A program made the position numbers and the translations under genes. The notes beneath the pieces are model-generated. The model was not told the origin of the DNA, ran no database searches, and worked only from the letters and a program-made list of their open reading frames with translations. This document shows positions 1 through 13,500 of a stretch of 64,000 nucleotides of DNA, piece by piece (the stretch's first letter is position 1; each line of letters opens with the position of its first letter). The stretch comes from Diadema antillarum (taxonomy: Eukaryota). The stretch spans positions 1-64,000 of the forward strand of contig NW_027272729.1 of assembly GCF_040938485.1 (NCBI RefSeq). The letters run 5' to 3'.

Positions 1-1567
1 TGCTTTGACCCTATCAAGTTGAAAAAAAGAAGAAGGAAAGAAACACAAGTCAAGTTGCCAAATGCTGAAGAGGAACTGATATTGACTTCAGAATTGTTTA
101 TCGACTCATTTCATTGCTCATTGTCAACTACAAAACTGCTAATTAAGTACATGTACTTATTTGATGTAGTCTACACAGATGTTTATATCCATATTGGACA
201 ATACCCCCCCCCCCCCCCATCTACTACACATGATCTTAGCCTACTCTTCGAGGTATGGATCACTAGAATAATAGTTATGAAAATATGGACAGAAGTGAAT
301 ATTGTTTTGCCAAGTATGTGGATTCCATTATATCTACCAGTTGTGTAAAACTGTATATTGTACCTGTCAGTGATCAGGCTGTGTTCGCAAAGCTCACTTG
401 TTGGTCCTTTGAGTTGGGTCCTTTGAGCAGACACTATTGGTCAGTGAGTACAAGATATTAAAATAACATTCACAACAAAGTTGCATTGTCTGCTGTGGGA
501 ATGCAAATATTCCTTTGATATTGCTGTTCCTGCAACGAGGTTTACTTATTGCTGTTGAGATTTTGTGAAATACCAACTAACCTTACACAGATTAACAGAC
601 ACACAGACATGCAGACAGACACACACACATACACACACTGATTCAGTCATAAATTTTCATACATGCACTCAGAGTTCTCTTATTGAAGTGTTTGTTTTAA
701 CCAGAAAAAGCTAAATACCTTAGGTAATTGTTATTTTATCTTGCTTTTCATAGATACTTATTCTTTGTTTTGTTATGATGTGTTTTGTTTGTTGATATTT
801 GTATCACCTCTCTGTTTGAATTGATTTTGTTTCATTTCTGTATCTTTGATTTTTTTTTTCTGTTTATGTCACCTGTTTGTTTCATGGCCTCTCTGAAAAA
901 AAAAACAGCAACTTGGCTGCTTGAGCGCTTTTAACCCTGTGACTTAATAAGATAAACAAACAAACAAACAATCAAACACATTATCTCTGAAGTGGACACT
1001 AACAGACAAACCCACATATGACTCCAATCATGAATGCATCAATTTTGCCTCTTTATAATTTTCTGTCTAAACAAGAAGCAATTATGTGTATTACCACAGG
1101 GACCACTGTCAGTGCTTTGTTTCTAGTCAAGTCTGTAACACTCTGTCCAATACCAAACAGACTGCTACACTCAAACTCCCTCCACACACTGAATTCCCAC
1201 CATCGCTTTCACTTCTTCTATACACTTCACTGACAACGGAGAGAACTATGCCAAACTGACATAAAGGCAAACCCACCATTAGATGTCTTTTTTTTTTAAT
1301 TGATGGACAATCATCACTGAAAATATCAATCTGAAAAGGAAAATAATTCATGATACAAACTTAAATTGAGACCAATAATTCTAAAACAAACAAACAAACA
1401 TACCACCCACCAGTTAATAATTCTAACCTTCCATTGTTGTTGTTGTTTCTTTTTTTTTGGGGGGGGGGGGGGGCAAACCTCTGAACTTTGATAAAGTGGT
1501 ATAGGATGAGAGTACATGATAGAATGATACAGAAAGCTCAGAGTACCACGTGACATAGTGAAGAAGC

Positions 1568-2675
1568 AACTAGATATATCGCTACGGCTACTGATATGCC
1601 TCCGCCATAATGCATGGTTCTCCTAATAGGTCTATAGTACAATGTCTTGACAATGTGTGATGACAGTTTCACACAATTGGCAAAATATTAAAATGACAGG
1701 TTTGCCACAAATGTGCTGAATGTTCACTTTCCTAGAACTAGGTTCAATTGGATGAATGATTAAAATGTCAGAGTGCAGGTATTTGGGGAACTGATAATTT
1801 TTACTTGACTTTTGACCCTTTTATAAGTTTATGCATTGAGTAATTTTCAAGGTGAGAAAAAGTATAATTTCAGTATCAAATGGTCAAAATAGCATTATCT
1901 AAACCTGGCCTTTGACCTTTGACCTCACAGTGCCAAAGAAAATCACTGTTAGGTTGAACATGCATAAATATGTAAGTTTCATGATGATACCTTGAGTTAC
2001 TTTCGAGATATGGAGGAAAAAGTGCAATTTAGCACTTTCACTTGACCTTTTACCTTTTGACCTTTGACCTTTTGGCAAGAAACTTCCCCAAAAATATATA
2101 TTGGGTAATACATGCCATACATCAAGTTTAAAAAAAAAAAACCTTCAGGCATATTGCATTTTAAGGAAAGTAGTGATATTTTGAGGAGTTGACCTTGACC
2201 TTTGACCCCCCCTGACCTTTGACCCATGACCCCCAACTTCCCTAGATAATCACTGCCCATCGGTACAAGCATATATACTAAGTTCCATGAAGATACCTTG
2301 AACCATTTGCGAGATATGGAGAAAAACATGAAATTTCATTTTCGGAATCGAAATCGGGTTAGAAATGGCGAAGGAGTAGCATTTTGTAGCAAAATGTACA
2401 ATATAGGTCAAAGGTCAAGGTCAAAGGTCACGACTGAAATTCTGTGTACAAGTTTCAAAGCTCCCATGTAGTGCTGTCATATAAAGCAAACAGAATCAAA
2501 ATTGGCTAATAAATGACAGAGAAGTAGCAAATTGAAGATTTTGATCACACACGGACGCACACGGACGGACGACGGACGGACGGACGGACGGACGGACGGA
2601 CGGACACACGGACACACACACGTACGGAGCCCGTTTCATAGTCCCCTGCTCGAACTCGTTCGGCGGGGACAAAAA
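1568..2675 (-). mobile_element. HINE/DINE-1-like element, same family as 33643-34639 over its 3' three quarters, with a different 5' end
   Basis: 1568-2338 is a near-identical reverse complement of about 33867-34639, including the subTIR at 1595-1607 and the stem-loop. 2340-2675 carries (GACG)n and ends in GGCGGGGACAAAAA. Confidence 0.75.
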
Positions 2676-4054
2676 GTAACAATATTGATGACAAAAATGA
2701 TAACGTCATCATTATCATTCTTTACCAATTCTATCATTATCATCACCATCACTATCATTATTCACAATAATCATAATAATTAGGATGACCATGATCACAA
2801 TGATCATCATTACCATTACTTTTTTGATCACTTATAAAGCATATGTAAGATGAGTTATATATATTTTAGCTGCATATACAATCCATGTAGTATTTTAGCA
2901 TTAAAAGTCAATGGCCTGTGGATTCATAATACTCTGTCTCAAATTTAGTCAGCACGTAGACAAGAAACGAAAGACGAGTACCTAGAATTGACTTGATCAT
3001 GACAAGCAAGTACAGAGAACTACCAAAGCAACAAGCTTATGTCATTTCGAGCTCCTTTATGAAAAGAACCATCAGAAAATATGCTTGTGTATTATGAAGT
3101 GTTTTTAAGTGCAATTTGATTTGCATATCACAAAGTTCTGATATTTGGGAGGATGCATACATGTAGTAGCTGGATTTGTGAGATAACATGGGAGGTTTGC
3201 ACAAAATCACACAGAAATGTTGGCAGCTTGGATCGCTTATAGAATGGTGTGACTTTCATTGTTCTTGTCATGGTCATCAGATGACATTTACATCGGCTGT
3301 TTGAAAGCTGCAAGAATGAAGCATCCTGGTGATGTCTTCAGCGTTCCAGGACACTCAAAACCAGAATAACTCGAGCAATCTGTCTTGCTCATTTCAAATA
3401 CAGGTTGTGAAGTTAAGTAGAAAGAGGCATTGCAAAGGGAGGGTTTCTTATCCTTAAGAAAAGTTTCCACACATTGACAAAAATTCTTCAATCAAGCAGG
3501 ATGACAATAATGTACCCAATCTCTCTCTCAAGATTTGTGGCAGAATGACTGAATGAGCTACACTGAGATTCCTACTACACGTTATGCTTAACAGACTCTT
3601 AACATGTGACATTGCAATATAAATGGACAGTTGCGTAACAAAAACAGATATAATGTCTGACATGAAACATTGCAAGAATTCAAAAGAAAATATATCACAG
3701 GGCTAGCTTTGAACAGCTCAATGCCCAGCACATGGTCATACATTTAATTTGTACTGTAACAGGTGATACAATAGTGTCCTGATGGTAATTCAATTATTTG
3801 ACAAGAAACAATATGACATATAATAGTACACAGATAACAAAGATTGTACTTGCAAAGACAATGTGCTAAATTCAAGTTACAGATTCATGATGGAAACTTC
3901 TCGGACTCTTCACACGCTACATTTTCATCTCAGCAGTGGAAACAGTAAGTAATGCTAGGAGAAAACTTGCATTCGGAATCCACCTCTTTATGCCAAGCAT
4001 AGCAGTCACCTGGATGCAACCATGTGGTACCTGCAAACAGGTTTGCAATGTGGT

Positions 4055-4145
4055 CTGTGTGAAAGGGTGGCTTCATGCAACAACTTCCCAATTCACACTC
4101 TCTGTGTGAAAGGGCGGCTTCAAGCAACAACTTCCCAAATCACAT
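4055..4145. repeat. Direct tandem duplication, 47-bp unit x2
   Basis: CTGTGTGAAAGGG(T/C)GGCTTCA(T/A)GCAACAACTTCCCAA(T/A)TCACA begins at 4055 and again at 4102. Confidence 0.85.
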
Positions 4146-4979
4146 TTTACGTTTAATACCAGATCAAAGTGTGCAATCTCAAAGGGTAGCACATCTGTGA
4201 CAACAGCATGCAACATTACATCAATATTGCCATGCAGGTGGCACCAGACAGGCAGAACATGAGGGCAAAGAGTCACAACGGAGACCATATATACAGAATA
4301 GGTGAACAGCAACAACAACGACAGCACGTATATGTCTTCAAAGGGGTTGTATTTCACAAAGCATTGCTGCTTAGAGTGATTTTGTGTAAAACAGGAGACC
4401 ATTGCTATCTATAAAACACACTCAGAGGTCAAATGAAAGTGCACAAGTGGCCTTACACACTCCATGGCATAATCAACTGAGAGCTCTGCAGGTATAGCCA
4501 CCTGTGCTACAAAATGTTCACTCTATCCCTGCAGCACATGTATATCCCACTGCAACATTTCAGCTAGCATCAAAACCATTGGCTGAATGTAACACTGCTT
4601 GTTTCTGATGCTACAACTGTTTGACACGAAGAATCCATTTATTTCTGTGTTTATACAATATTCATTATTGTACATGGTAGCATACAATTGCAATCGTCAT
4701 GACAGCAAAACACAATTCATCCATATACAGTTGTACTCTATAGCGGCCACGTTTCTACATTGATGCTCACTGGTTCAAGACGAGGTCGTTTTACCTATCA
4801 ATGAGCTACTTGAATCAACAAGTCATTTGGGATGGAGTTATGGCAGATATGTGATGTAGACACAGTATGAGGGAGCTCTTTTAAAACTTTCCCTTTCAAC
4901 ACAAATATTCGGTTCAAACCCAAGTAGCCATAATGTCAGAGAAGCACAAAAGAAAGGAGACACCCAAGAAAGCCAAGAG

Positions 4980-6760
4980 TCACAAAAAAGGAAATTTAGT
5001 GAGATTTTGAGTGAGGAAAAAAGTTGAAAACACAGATAAGAATGCCGCTAAACGGTGCTTGCTGAATATCTGTCTCCAGACACCGGGACTCGGCTGCCGA
5101 TCTACAGTCCAAGCTATTGCCATCCGCGTGGTTTGCAGCTTTTGAGAAACAGCTAGACCAAAGATTCATGACACTTCACACGAGTGTATGAGTGCTGAAG
5201 TGAAGGAAGTGTAAGAATCATGTAATGAGGCCATAGAAGAGTTGAGGAAGAAGCTAGAGACATGTTATGACAAGATAGATGAACTGGAAAACAGATCTCG
5301 ACGGTCTAATCTCGTCTTCTTCAATGTACCAGAAGGGGTAGAGTCTGGCCATTCATCATGCGAGGCTTTTTTTTGTCGTCACTCCTCACAAAAGTTGATC
5401 CTAACCTAAGATTCAACATCCAGAGAGCCCATGGCACACCAACATGCCCATGGCCATATATACATATACATATACATATACATGCTTATGCTTTAAGCCA
5501 AAAATAACTTGGGGTTAAATACTTACTTGATGACAACATTCAATACCAGTGTATTGAAAACAACTGAATTGAAACCTCTTGAAAAATTGTGTAAAGATGT
5601 CACAGTCATACGGAGATCAGAATCTCAAGATTCTCTTTTAAGCTCTTTTGGCAATTGTCAATTGGTTGAGTCGATTAAGGTATGGTATAAGTATAGACGT
5701 AAAGTAGATTATGCTTATAAAGAAGATTATTTGTGGTAGAACAAGAATATCAGGCTGAAATTTTGGTCATATCTTTTTACCCCCTTTGCTTCGAAAAAGG
5801 AATTACCAATGTATCTGAGTTGTTATGTGGCAATAAGGAAAAACCTTTGATGAAATAGTGTCAGAATTTGGGTTACTAAAGAGCCACAGAAGGAAGTATA
5901 ACCCCCTGATCAAAGGTATACTCCCCGAGTGGTTCCAAGATTCTGGGTTTGTAGATAGGAGCCTATTTGAAATGACTGTAGAAACATTGATCAGGGTTAA
6001 TAAAGTTCCACAACATGCTCGTAAAACTCTTAGAAAAACTGCTGTTTCAAAGTACAGGAAAGGTGGAAAAATCCTTAGAATTAGATGAATCAGACATAAA
6101 TTGGTTTAGGATACAGTATTTAAACTTTACCTGTTCCATAGAAACCAAGATGAGGGATTTCTACCCCGAACTTTTTCACACCTCTATTTGCACTAATCAA
6201 TCTTAGTTCAAAATTAAACGTTCTGATACAGATAAATGTTAGTTTTGTGAGGAAGTACCAGAAATGCTTATTCATTTGTTCTATGATTGTATAAAGGTCG
6301 GTCCTCTTAGGAACAAACTGTCTGACTTAATCAATAAACAGGTGACTTCTTCTAGACAGCTTTCAAAATTTGATTTTGTTTTTGGAATTGATGTTAACTC
6401 TCACAAAGATGTGGGTATAAATCTTTTATTTTTATGTTTGAAATCTGATATCTTTATATCAAAGTTTCAAGAATCCTCACTTGATTTTAAAGCCTTTTTT
6501 GAACTTGGTCAAATTGAAATGTAATGTAGAGTATAAAATTGCTGCAGGGAAGGGTAAGCTTCACACTAATTTTAAGAAATGGCAGGTTGATTTCTGATTG
6601 ACATAAACATGCTTTGGGTAAGACAGAATTTTCTCATCTTGATTTAGTCTGTCTTCATATGTAACTGAAAGATAACACTGTAAAAGATTCATTCTACATA
6701 CTCACTTTGTATTTTGTTATACACTGTTAAAAATTTGTTGAATAAAGACATAAAAAACCC
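4980..6760 (+). mobile_element. Internally deleted L1/Tx1-like LINE: ORF1 fragment plus ORF2 C-terminus and 3' end
   Basis: 5221-5450 reads EELRKKLETCYDKIDELENRSRRSNLVFFNVPEG...NIQRAH (L1 ORF1p coiled coil/RRM signature). About 6190-6590 reads KC*FCEEVPEMLIHLFYDC (C-x2-C-x8-H-x4-C knuckle). AATAAA and an A-tail lie near 6741-6757. The 5' limit is approximate. Confidence 0.75.
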
Positions 6761-7540
6761 CCACAAAAATCATTCTGGATCTGTTGACTTAGATAACAAA
6801 AACAACAACAAAACCAAGCAGTGCAAGACGGAAAAAAAAATTACAGAAACAAATTACACAAGTTTGAAGGATTTCTTTTCGATTTTCAGGTACCTTAAAC
6901 AAACGATGTGGGACTGCTACCACAGTTTGTATGTAACAACAAGGACTCATGTTAATGCTAAATAGCTGAATTATTACATTCTGCTTTTTATCAACAATTT
7001 GGTGTGAGATATTGTGGACTTGATTGAATTCATGGGAAATTCATTCTATCCATCTGTTTCTTACAGCACCTGCTGGATGAATTCTTGCTCTCTTGGTGAT
7101 CTGTTAGATATTTAATGCTAAATAATCTACTGATGTTTCATTACAAGGTATACCTTTCAAAGAATATCAGTCAATGAGTGAAATATTGATCAAATCACTC
7201 TAAATGTTACAGTGATTCAGTCACAGAGTAGTTAAGAAAGGCATAATCCATGTTAATAAGTTTAAGAAGGGATATTCAAAGGTGAAATGTTTTTCTAAAC
7301 CCCTTAATATGAGGGGCCATGTTCATTTAGATACAACGTACGATCTGTTTCACTGCAGCCTGCAAAACATGCAGCTAGTTCATCTGATGAGATTGCTTTA
7401 ACTACTGTGACACAGAGACACCTGAAGATAGAGAAATCAGGTAATGCAGTGGCATTTTAAAGTCAAAGCTCATCATTATCTGAATATTCATACAAATATA
7501 CATCTTCTTATTGCATTAATCGAAAATAAAATCAAAATTG

Positions 7541-10500
7541 CTACGCATCAGCATTGAGCTGTCTGGAGGATAGGGCAATCTTTTCTCCAGGTTTGAAAGC
7601 CGGCATGCCAAGATACGGGCAGCTTGCGCATCTGAAGGCATCACCCAGGTAACACTGCAGAGAAAAAACAAACAAACAAACAAACAAACAAATAAAATAA
7701 CAAACACAGAAGGTTAAATTTTACTCAACATTTCTTTGTGAGCATCATCACATCACAATACTTCATCTTCAATGATATTTCTTTTTTGTCCTTGTTGCAT
7801 TCAACATACTGTAAAAGAGGAAATTTTCGCATAAATTGCTATTTGCGCTCAATTGCGTAAGATGAATTCAGCATGGTTTTAACTCCGTAGAATCAAAGAG
7901 ATAAAATATTTCTGCAAATTAAAAGCAAAAATATTCCTGCAACTTTATTTTTGCTCATTTCAAGTTGTGTGAAATGCAAGAAAATTTTCACATTGCTAAA
8001 TTTCCACTTTAAATTTTTTTTTGACATTTACAATTCAGACTGAAAACATCTGAACTATGGAAAATTAATATATGCAAACCTTGCATCAGTGAAAATGTGA
8101 CAATCAACCCAGAATCTTTACGTACAGCAACATAATTTCCTTGACTTTACGGACCAGATTCAGAGAAAACCCTGTCTGTTGTATGCAATTACATCAGCAG
8201 CACTCGATCATCAAATTGCATTTCATTTCACTGAGAAATGATTGGCATAGATTCATGCAAAGTTTTTACATCATAAACAGCACAAATAAATCTTTTAAAC
8301 ATAGAGTATATTCTGCATAGCAATCAGCAGAAATCCCTGTCAAACTTTATCTTTCAATTCATAACTTTTGAACGCATTGTCGGATTTTCCTCAAACTTTC
8401 ACTGATGTGTTCTACTAATATTGTTGCATTCACTCAATCCACAAGTACATGAAGGTGAACTTGTCCTTTAACATTGGGCTCTGAAAGTTTGTTGACCCAT
8501 GCTTGTGACCATTGACCTTGTGGTGACCATCCACTCCCCAAGGAACATCTACTATGCAAGTTTGGTCACAAATGGAGTTATGGATCAAAAGTTATGACCC
8601 ATAATAGAAACGCGCCATAAAAACTTAACATTGGGCTCTAAGAGTTTATTGACCCCTGCCTGTGAGCTTTGACCTTGAGGTGACCTTCATGTATAATAAA
8701 ATGTGACACTTTGTATGACCCCTCTTCCCTCGAAGTTTGATTGCAATTGAAGCCCAGAGTAAAGAGTTATTGAAGTTTTTGTAGCGTTACAGACAGACGA
8801 CGGACGGCCGACGGATGGACGGACGGACGGACGGACGACAGACGGACGACTGCAAACAGACGCCGCAGGCGATCCCTTGGCCTCCCCTCACCTCCGGTGG
8901 GCTCGACAAAAACTGCTCTGATACACACAAACCAGATTCTTACAGCGCCGGTATACGGTAAAAGTGGATATTTTTGCGCGACTAATTTTCACGCTCGGCC
9001 CGGTAAGAAGAGTTTCGCATGTTTTTAATGCCACCGAATCAAGACAGTAAGTACAGGAACATATTCGCGTGCTTTTATTTGCGCTAGTTTCTAGTTGCGT
9101 GAAATGTGCGAAAATTTCAACAACTCGAAAATTTTCACTTTTACAGTTTTACACTGTTCCTCTTCTTTTATCTTTGTCGGTACTATCGCTAACGTGTGAG
9201 ATAAGACAATGACCAGCAAAGTGTAAATATAAAACAACAACACACTGTAATGATACTTATTTTGATTGAAAACAAGAACATATATAATTATATTCCACAT
9301 ACTAAGAATGTTGCAATAGGATTGGTCCAGAGCTGATCACGTGATGAAGTGTAGTTTTGCCCATCACATCACCTGAGAAGAAAAGTTCGTTACACTCTAT
9401 GTTGATAGTTCCTTTTGTTTCGCTGATCTCCACACAGTCCACACAGTCCTAACGCAAGATGAGTACGCGCGAAATAAAAGTGCATTGCACTGTGGACTAT
9501 CATGTGACCTAGGTCACTTGATAGTACACAGTGCAACGCACTTTCACTTCGGTGCTGCGCAATGCGCGCAGCAAATTCATCGTTTTGTCATCTACGCGCA
9601 CACATAGCCTAAGCCCTAAGGATACCTAAAGACAGCTAAAATGGTTTCAGACGTGGAATAAAATGGGAATTTCTAGGACCCTAGATGTGGAATATAAAGC
9701 AAATAATCAACTTTTAGTTTCAGGCAATGAGACAAACTATCACTTCCTCAGCGATCTGAATGTGTACGCTATCTTTCCTCAGCCGTGCTTCGGAAAGATA
9801 GCTACATCCAGATCGCCTCGGAAGTGATAGTTTGTCCCATCACCTTCACCAACGTGGATTATTTGCTTACTATTAGAGTATGATAAATGGAGAATTGTGG
9901 GAATACTCACACTGCCACAGGATGATGTCACTGGTTTTGTCTTGACCTCCTTCCCTTCTGCCAGCTCCTCAGCCAGGCCACATGAACTGCACAGTAACAG
10001 ATAAACAATATGAAAAATTTACTTCACAGTTAACACAAGAAACAGACACATATATATTAACTATGATTCACATATTACAAAATCATCAATACTGTGCGAC
10101 AAATAATTGGGTCTTGAGGTTTCATTCTGTTTTGTTTTGTTTTGTTTTGTTTCTTGACAAAGGGAGAACATTCTAAACTCACCGTCTACACCGAATATTT
10201 TGTGCCAGTTCTTTTTTTCATGAATTTCCAAGCCAACTGATATTTGGGGAAAAAAGGAACAATACATTATGGTACAACACCCAGCACCTAAATGCTGTAT
10301 GTGGGAGTTCACAATGCAACACATACTTGATAGTAAGCAACTCTGGCACATTCATGCTTTACATTGCTGTATAAAACTGCAAAAACTTGTCTTATAAGTC
10401 CTGTTTTAAAAAAAAATGCCTGAGATATACATGGCAGATGATGTATTTGACTGAATATCATAGCAGTGAAAATAGACAGTATCAGATCAAATGATTCAAC

Positions 10501-13500
10501 TATATATTTATTTTGAGCATAAAAACTTACATTATGCTACACTTCAGTTATCATTTGACAAGCATAGGCTATGATGACTACCGTAAATTATCACATTGGA
10601 CACAATACAAATCTATTGTTCACGAATCCAGTTTGTCATTGAGAAACTCTGTGTCTTTAGGTATCTGTGACAATGGCCACTTTAAACCAATAAAATCAAG
10701 AATCAAATGGTGAATATAAAAATGAGCACGAAAAGTTAACAATATGCTTTGTAGCCCGAATGACAACAAATATAATCAGCAGAATCTTTTTTCTTTTTAA
10801 ATAACAAATCAATCAAATGTTCGTACCAGTTCTTGCATGCTTTCTTCCTTCCAGAATTTGGACCACATTCAGCTGCAGAAAAAAGTGGTACATATAAGAA
10901 TAAAATATAGCACAAACAACAACAACAAGTAATCATCAATACTTATCTCAAGTCATTACAGGAAGGAAGTCTGCAACAGGAGATTGATGCTTGTTGCTCT
11001 TATAATCACTTCTCTACAATGTTCCACGAATATACATATATATATATCTTTTAATTGTAGTTTTTAAAGAAGAATTATTAATGCAGGTAGCAGTTCTTTT
11101 TAATCCACACATTTCCTGTCACATACTCTTATTCTAAATATCATTATTTCGATGTCAATTGACTATCTGTCATATCAATTTCGTGGAGAAGAGATTTTGC
11201 TTCTCTTTGTGTGTAGAAGAGCAAAAGAAGACACTTACTGCTCTTCATATTGGTCACATGACCTTGATGCCACTTTGAGGTCTCAATATGATTCTTGCAC
11301 AAATTACAAATATTTAACCAATAACAATCAAAAGAATAAAAGCATGTAAATTAAATCTGTTCAAGGACTGTCAGAGAAAATCCAACGGATTTTCAGCTTC
11401 TACCGAATTCCTGTATATTTCAAGCCGACCAACACTCTTCGACAGAGACTAGTTCATCCTAAAGACAAAATCCCAAAACACAAACGGAACGATGTAATTT
11501 ACAGGATAAAGTGTCAGGGAAAAGACTGCAAAGAAAACTACATCGGTGAAACCAAACAATCTCTCCACAAACGTCTCTACCCACATCGTAGATCCAGCTC
11601 AGCTGGGAACGAGTTGGCCGTGTTCACCCACCTGAAGAACACGGGGCACCATTTTGAAGACAAAGAGGTCGACATCATTGACAAGGAAACCAGATGGTTT
11701 GAAAGAGGAGTCCGTGAAGCTGTGTATGTGAATGCGGAAAATCCTTCACTCAACAGGGGAGGGGGACTCCGACACAACCTTTCACCAACATACATGTCGG
11801 TGATCGGAAAAATTCCTCAACGTACAGACAATAAAGGCAATAACATCGCCCATTCACCCTCCACGGGTGAATGCTCGCCAGCCAGACAGAGCTGAAGAAG
11901 TGACTCGGACGAGTCACGAAACTATTTTCTCCGTGATTTTCACAAGTAAGTCCAGTCGAACAGATTTAATTTACACGCTTTTAGCATACTACCTGGATGA
12001 ATCAAAATCTACATCGATAAATCAAAAGAATAGTTGATTTAATAATTACATTGTATGAATCAGTTTTAGGTTGATAAGCCACTGGTTCACTGCTTTGCAT
12101 GTATACATGTACATGATCTCCTCTCTTTAGTAATGTCTGCCATTTAGCAAGTGGTATACAGTGGCGTATCTAGGGAAAACGGCGCCCGGGGCAAGCGCGA
12201 AAATTGCACCCCTAATTTCTGAAAAAGACTAGTGTCCAACCCCAACCCGATCCCGGTAGGGACTTTAAGCAAAGTCCACATGATATGCTTTTCAAGCCCT
12301 TATTAAAAGGGGTCTTTTGAGGGTGATTTAAATGTAATGAATTTTGATAAATTTTGGCGAGCGAGCCGAAATTTTTTGTATTTCAGCTGACAAAACATGG
12401 AATTCTTGTCATGTTCTGCCTATCAAATCTTACAATAACTAATCAAGATAGTGACGGCCTTACGATTTATCTATACCAAGAAACTGAGTGCTTTAAAAAA
12501 TATTCTAAATTAGGGGGGCATTTCATGAAGCATTTCAGCCAATCAGAAGCAAGGATTTCAGTAGCTTTTAACAGTTTGTCAGACGAGATATCTGACAAAT
12601 TGCTTCATGAAATGCCCCCATGTACGCGCGAGTGAGCCGAAATTTGTATATTTCCGCGTCATCATCACGTTTTGTTCTTATCTCCTTTTTGTTTTGATAA
12701 ATTTTGGCGAGGGAGCGCAGCGAGCGAGCCGAAAATTTTTGTATTTCAGCCTACAAAACATGGAACTCTTGTCAGTTTTTGCTTATCAAATCTTACAATT
12801 CTAATCAAGATATAGTGACGACCTTACAGATAACGATTTTTACCAACAAACTGAGGACTTGAAAAAATACTCTAAATTAGTACGAGCGAGTGAGCCGAAA
12901 TTTGTATATTTCCGCGTCATCATCACGTTTTGTTCTTATCTCCTTTTTGTTTTGATAAATTTTGGCGAGCGAGCGCAGCGAGCGAGCCGAAAATTTTTGT
13001 ATTTCAGCTTACAAAACATGGAACTCTTGTCATTTTTTGCCTATCAAATCTTACAATTCTAATCAAGATATAGTGACGGCCTTATAGATAACGATTTTTA
13101 CCAACAAACTGAGGACTTGAAGAAATACTCTAAATTAGTACGTGCGATTGAGCCGAAATTTGTATATTTCCACGTCATCATCACGTTTTGTTCTTATCTT
13201 GTTTGATTTTTTTGGTGCCCCCCCCGTATTTTCGAAACCGTTGGCGCCTTGTTTTGATCCAATTGGCGATCGCTTCAGAACGAAAGAAATTGCAGCCGCT
13301 GCTCCGTGAAACATTTTGCCTGCTAAACATAAAATGACATGTGTGAACACAATAGACATTGTCATTTTGTCCGCGCCATCATCACATTTTGTTCTCACCT
13401 TCTTCTTCTATGTAAAATTTGGAGAGCGAGCGCAGCGAGCGAGCCGAAAATTGTTGTATTTCAGCTTACATAACATGGAATTCTTGTGTGAACACAATAA

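Noticed and set aside
1997-2783. ORFs with KVKGQ and RTDG repeats, also at 33599-34303
   Set aside because: These are translations of the GGTCAAAGGTCA and GACG repeats of non-autonomous HINE-like elements.
3128-4450. Overlapping short ORFs suggesting a decayed gene (weak C2H2-like QMKVHKWPY)
   Set aside because: No recognisable motif set or consistent frame could be built. A translated search would be needed.
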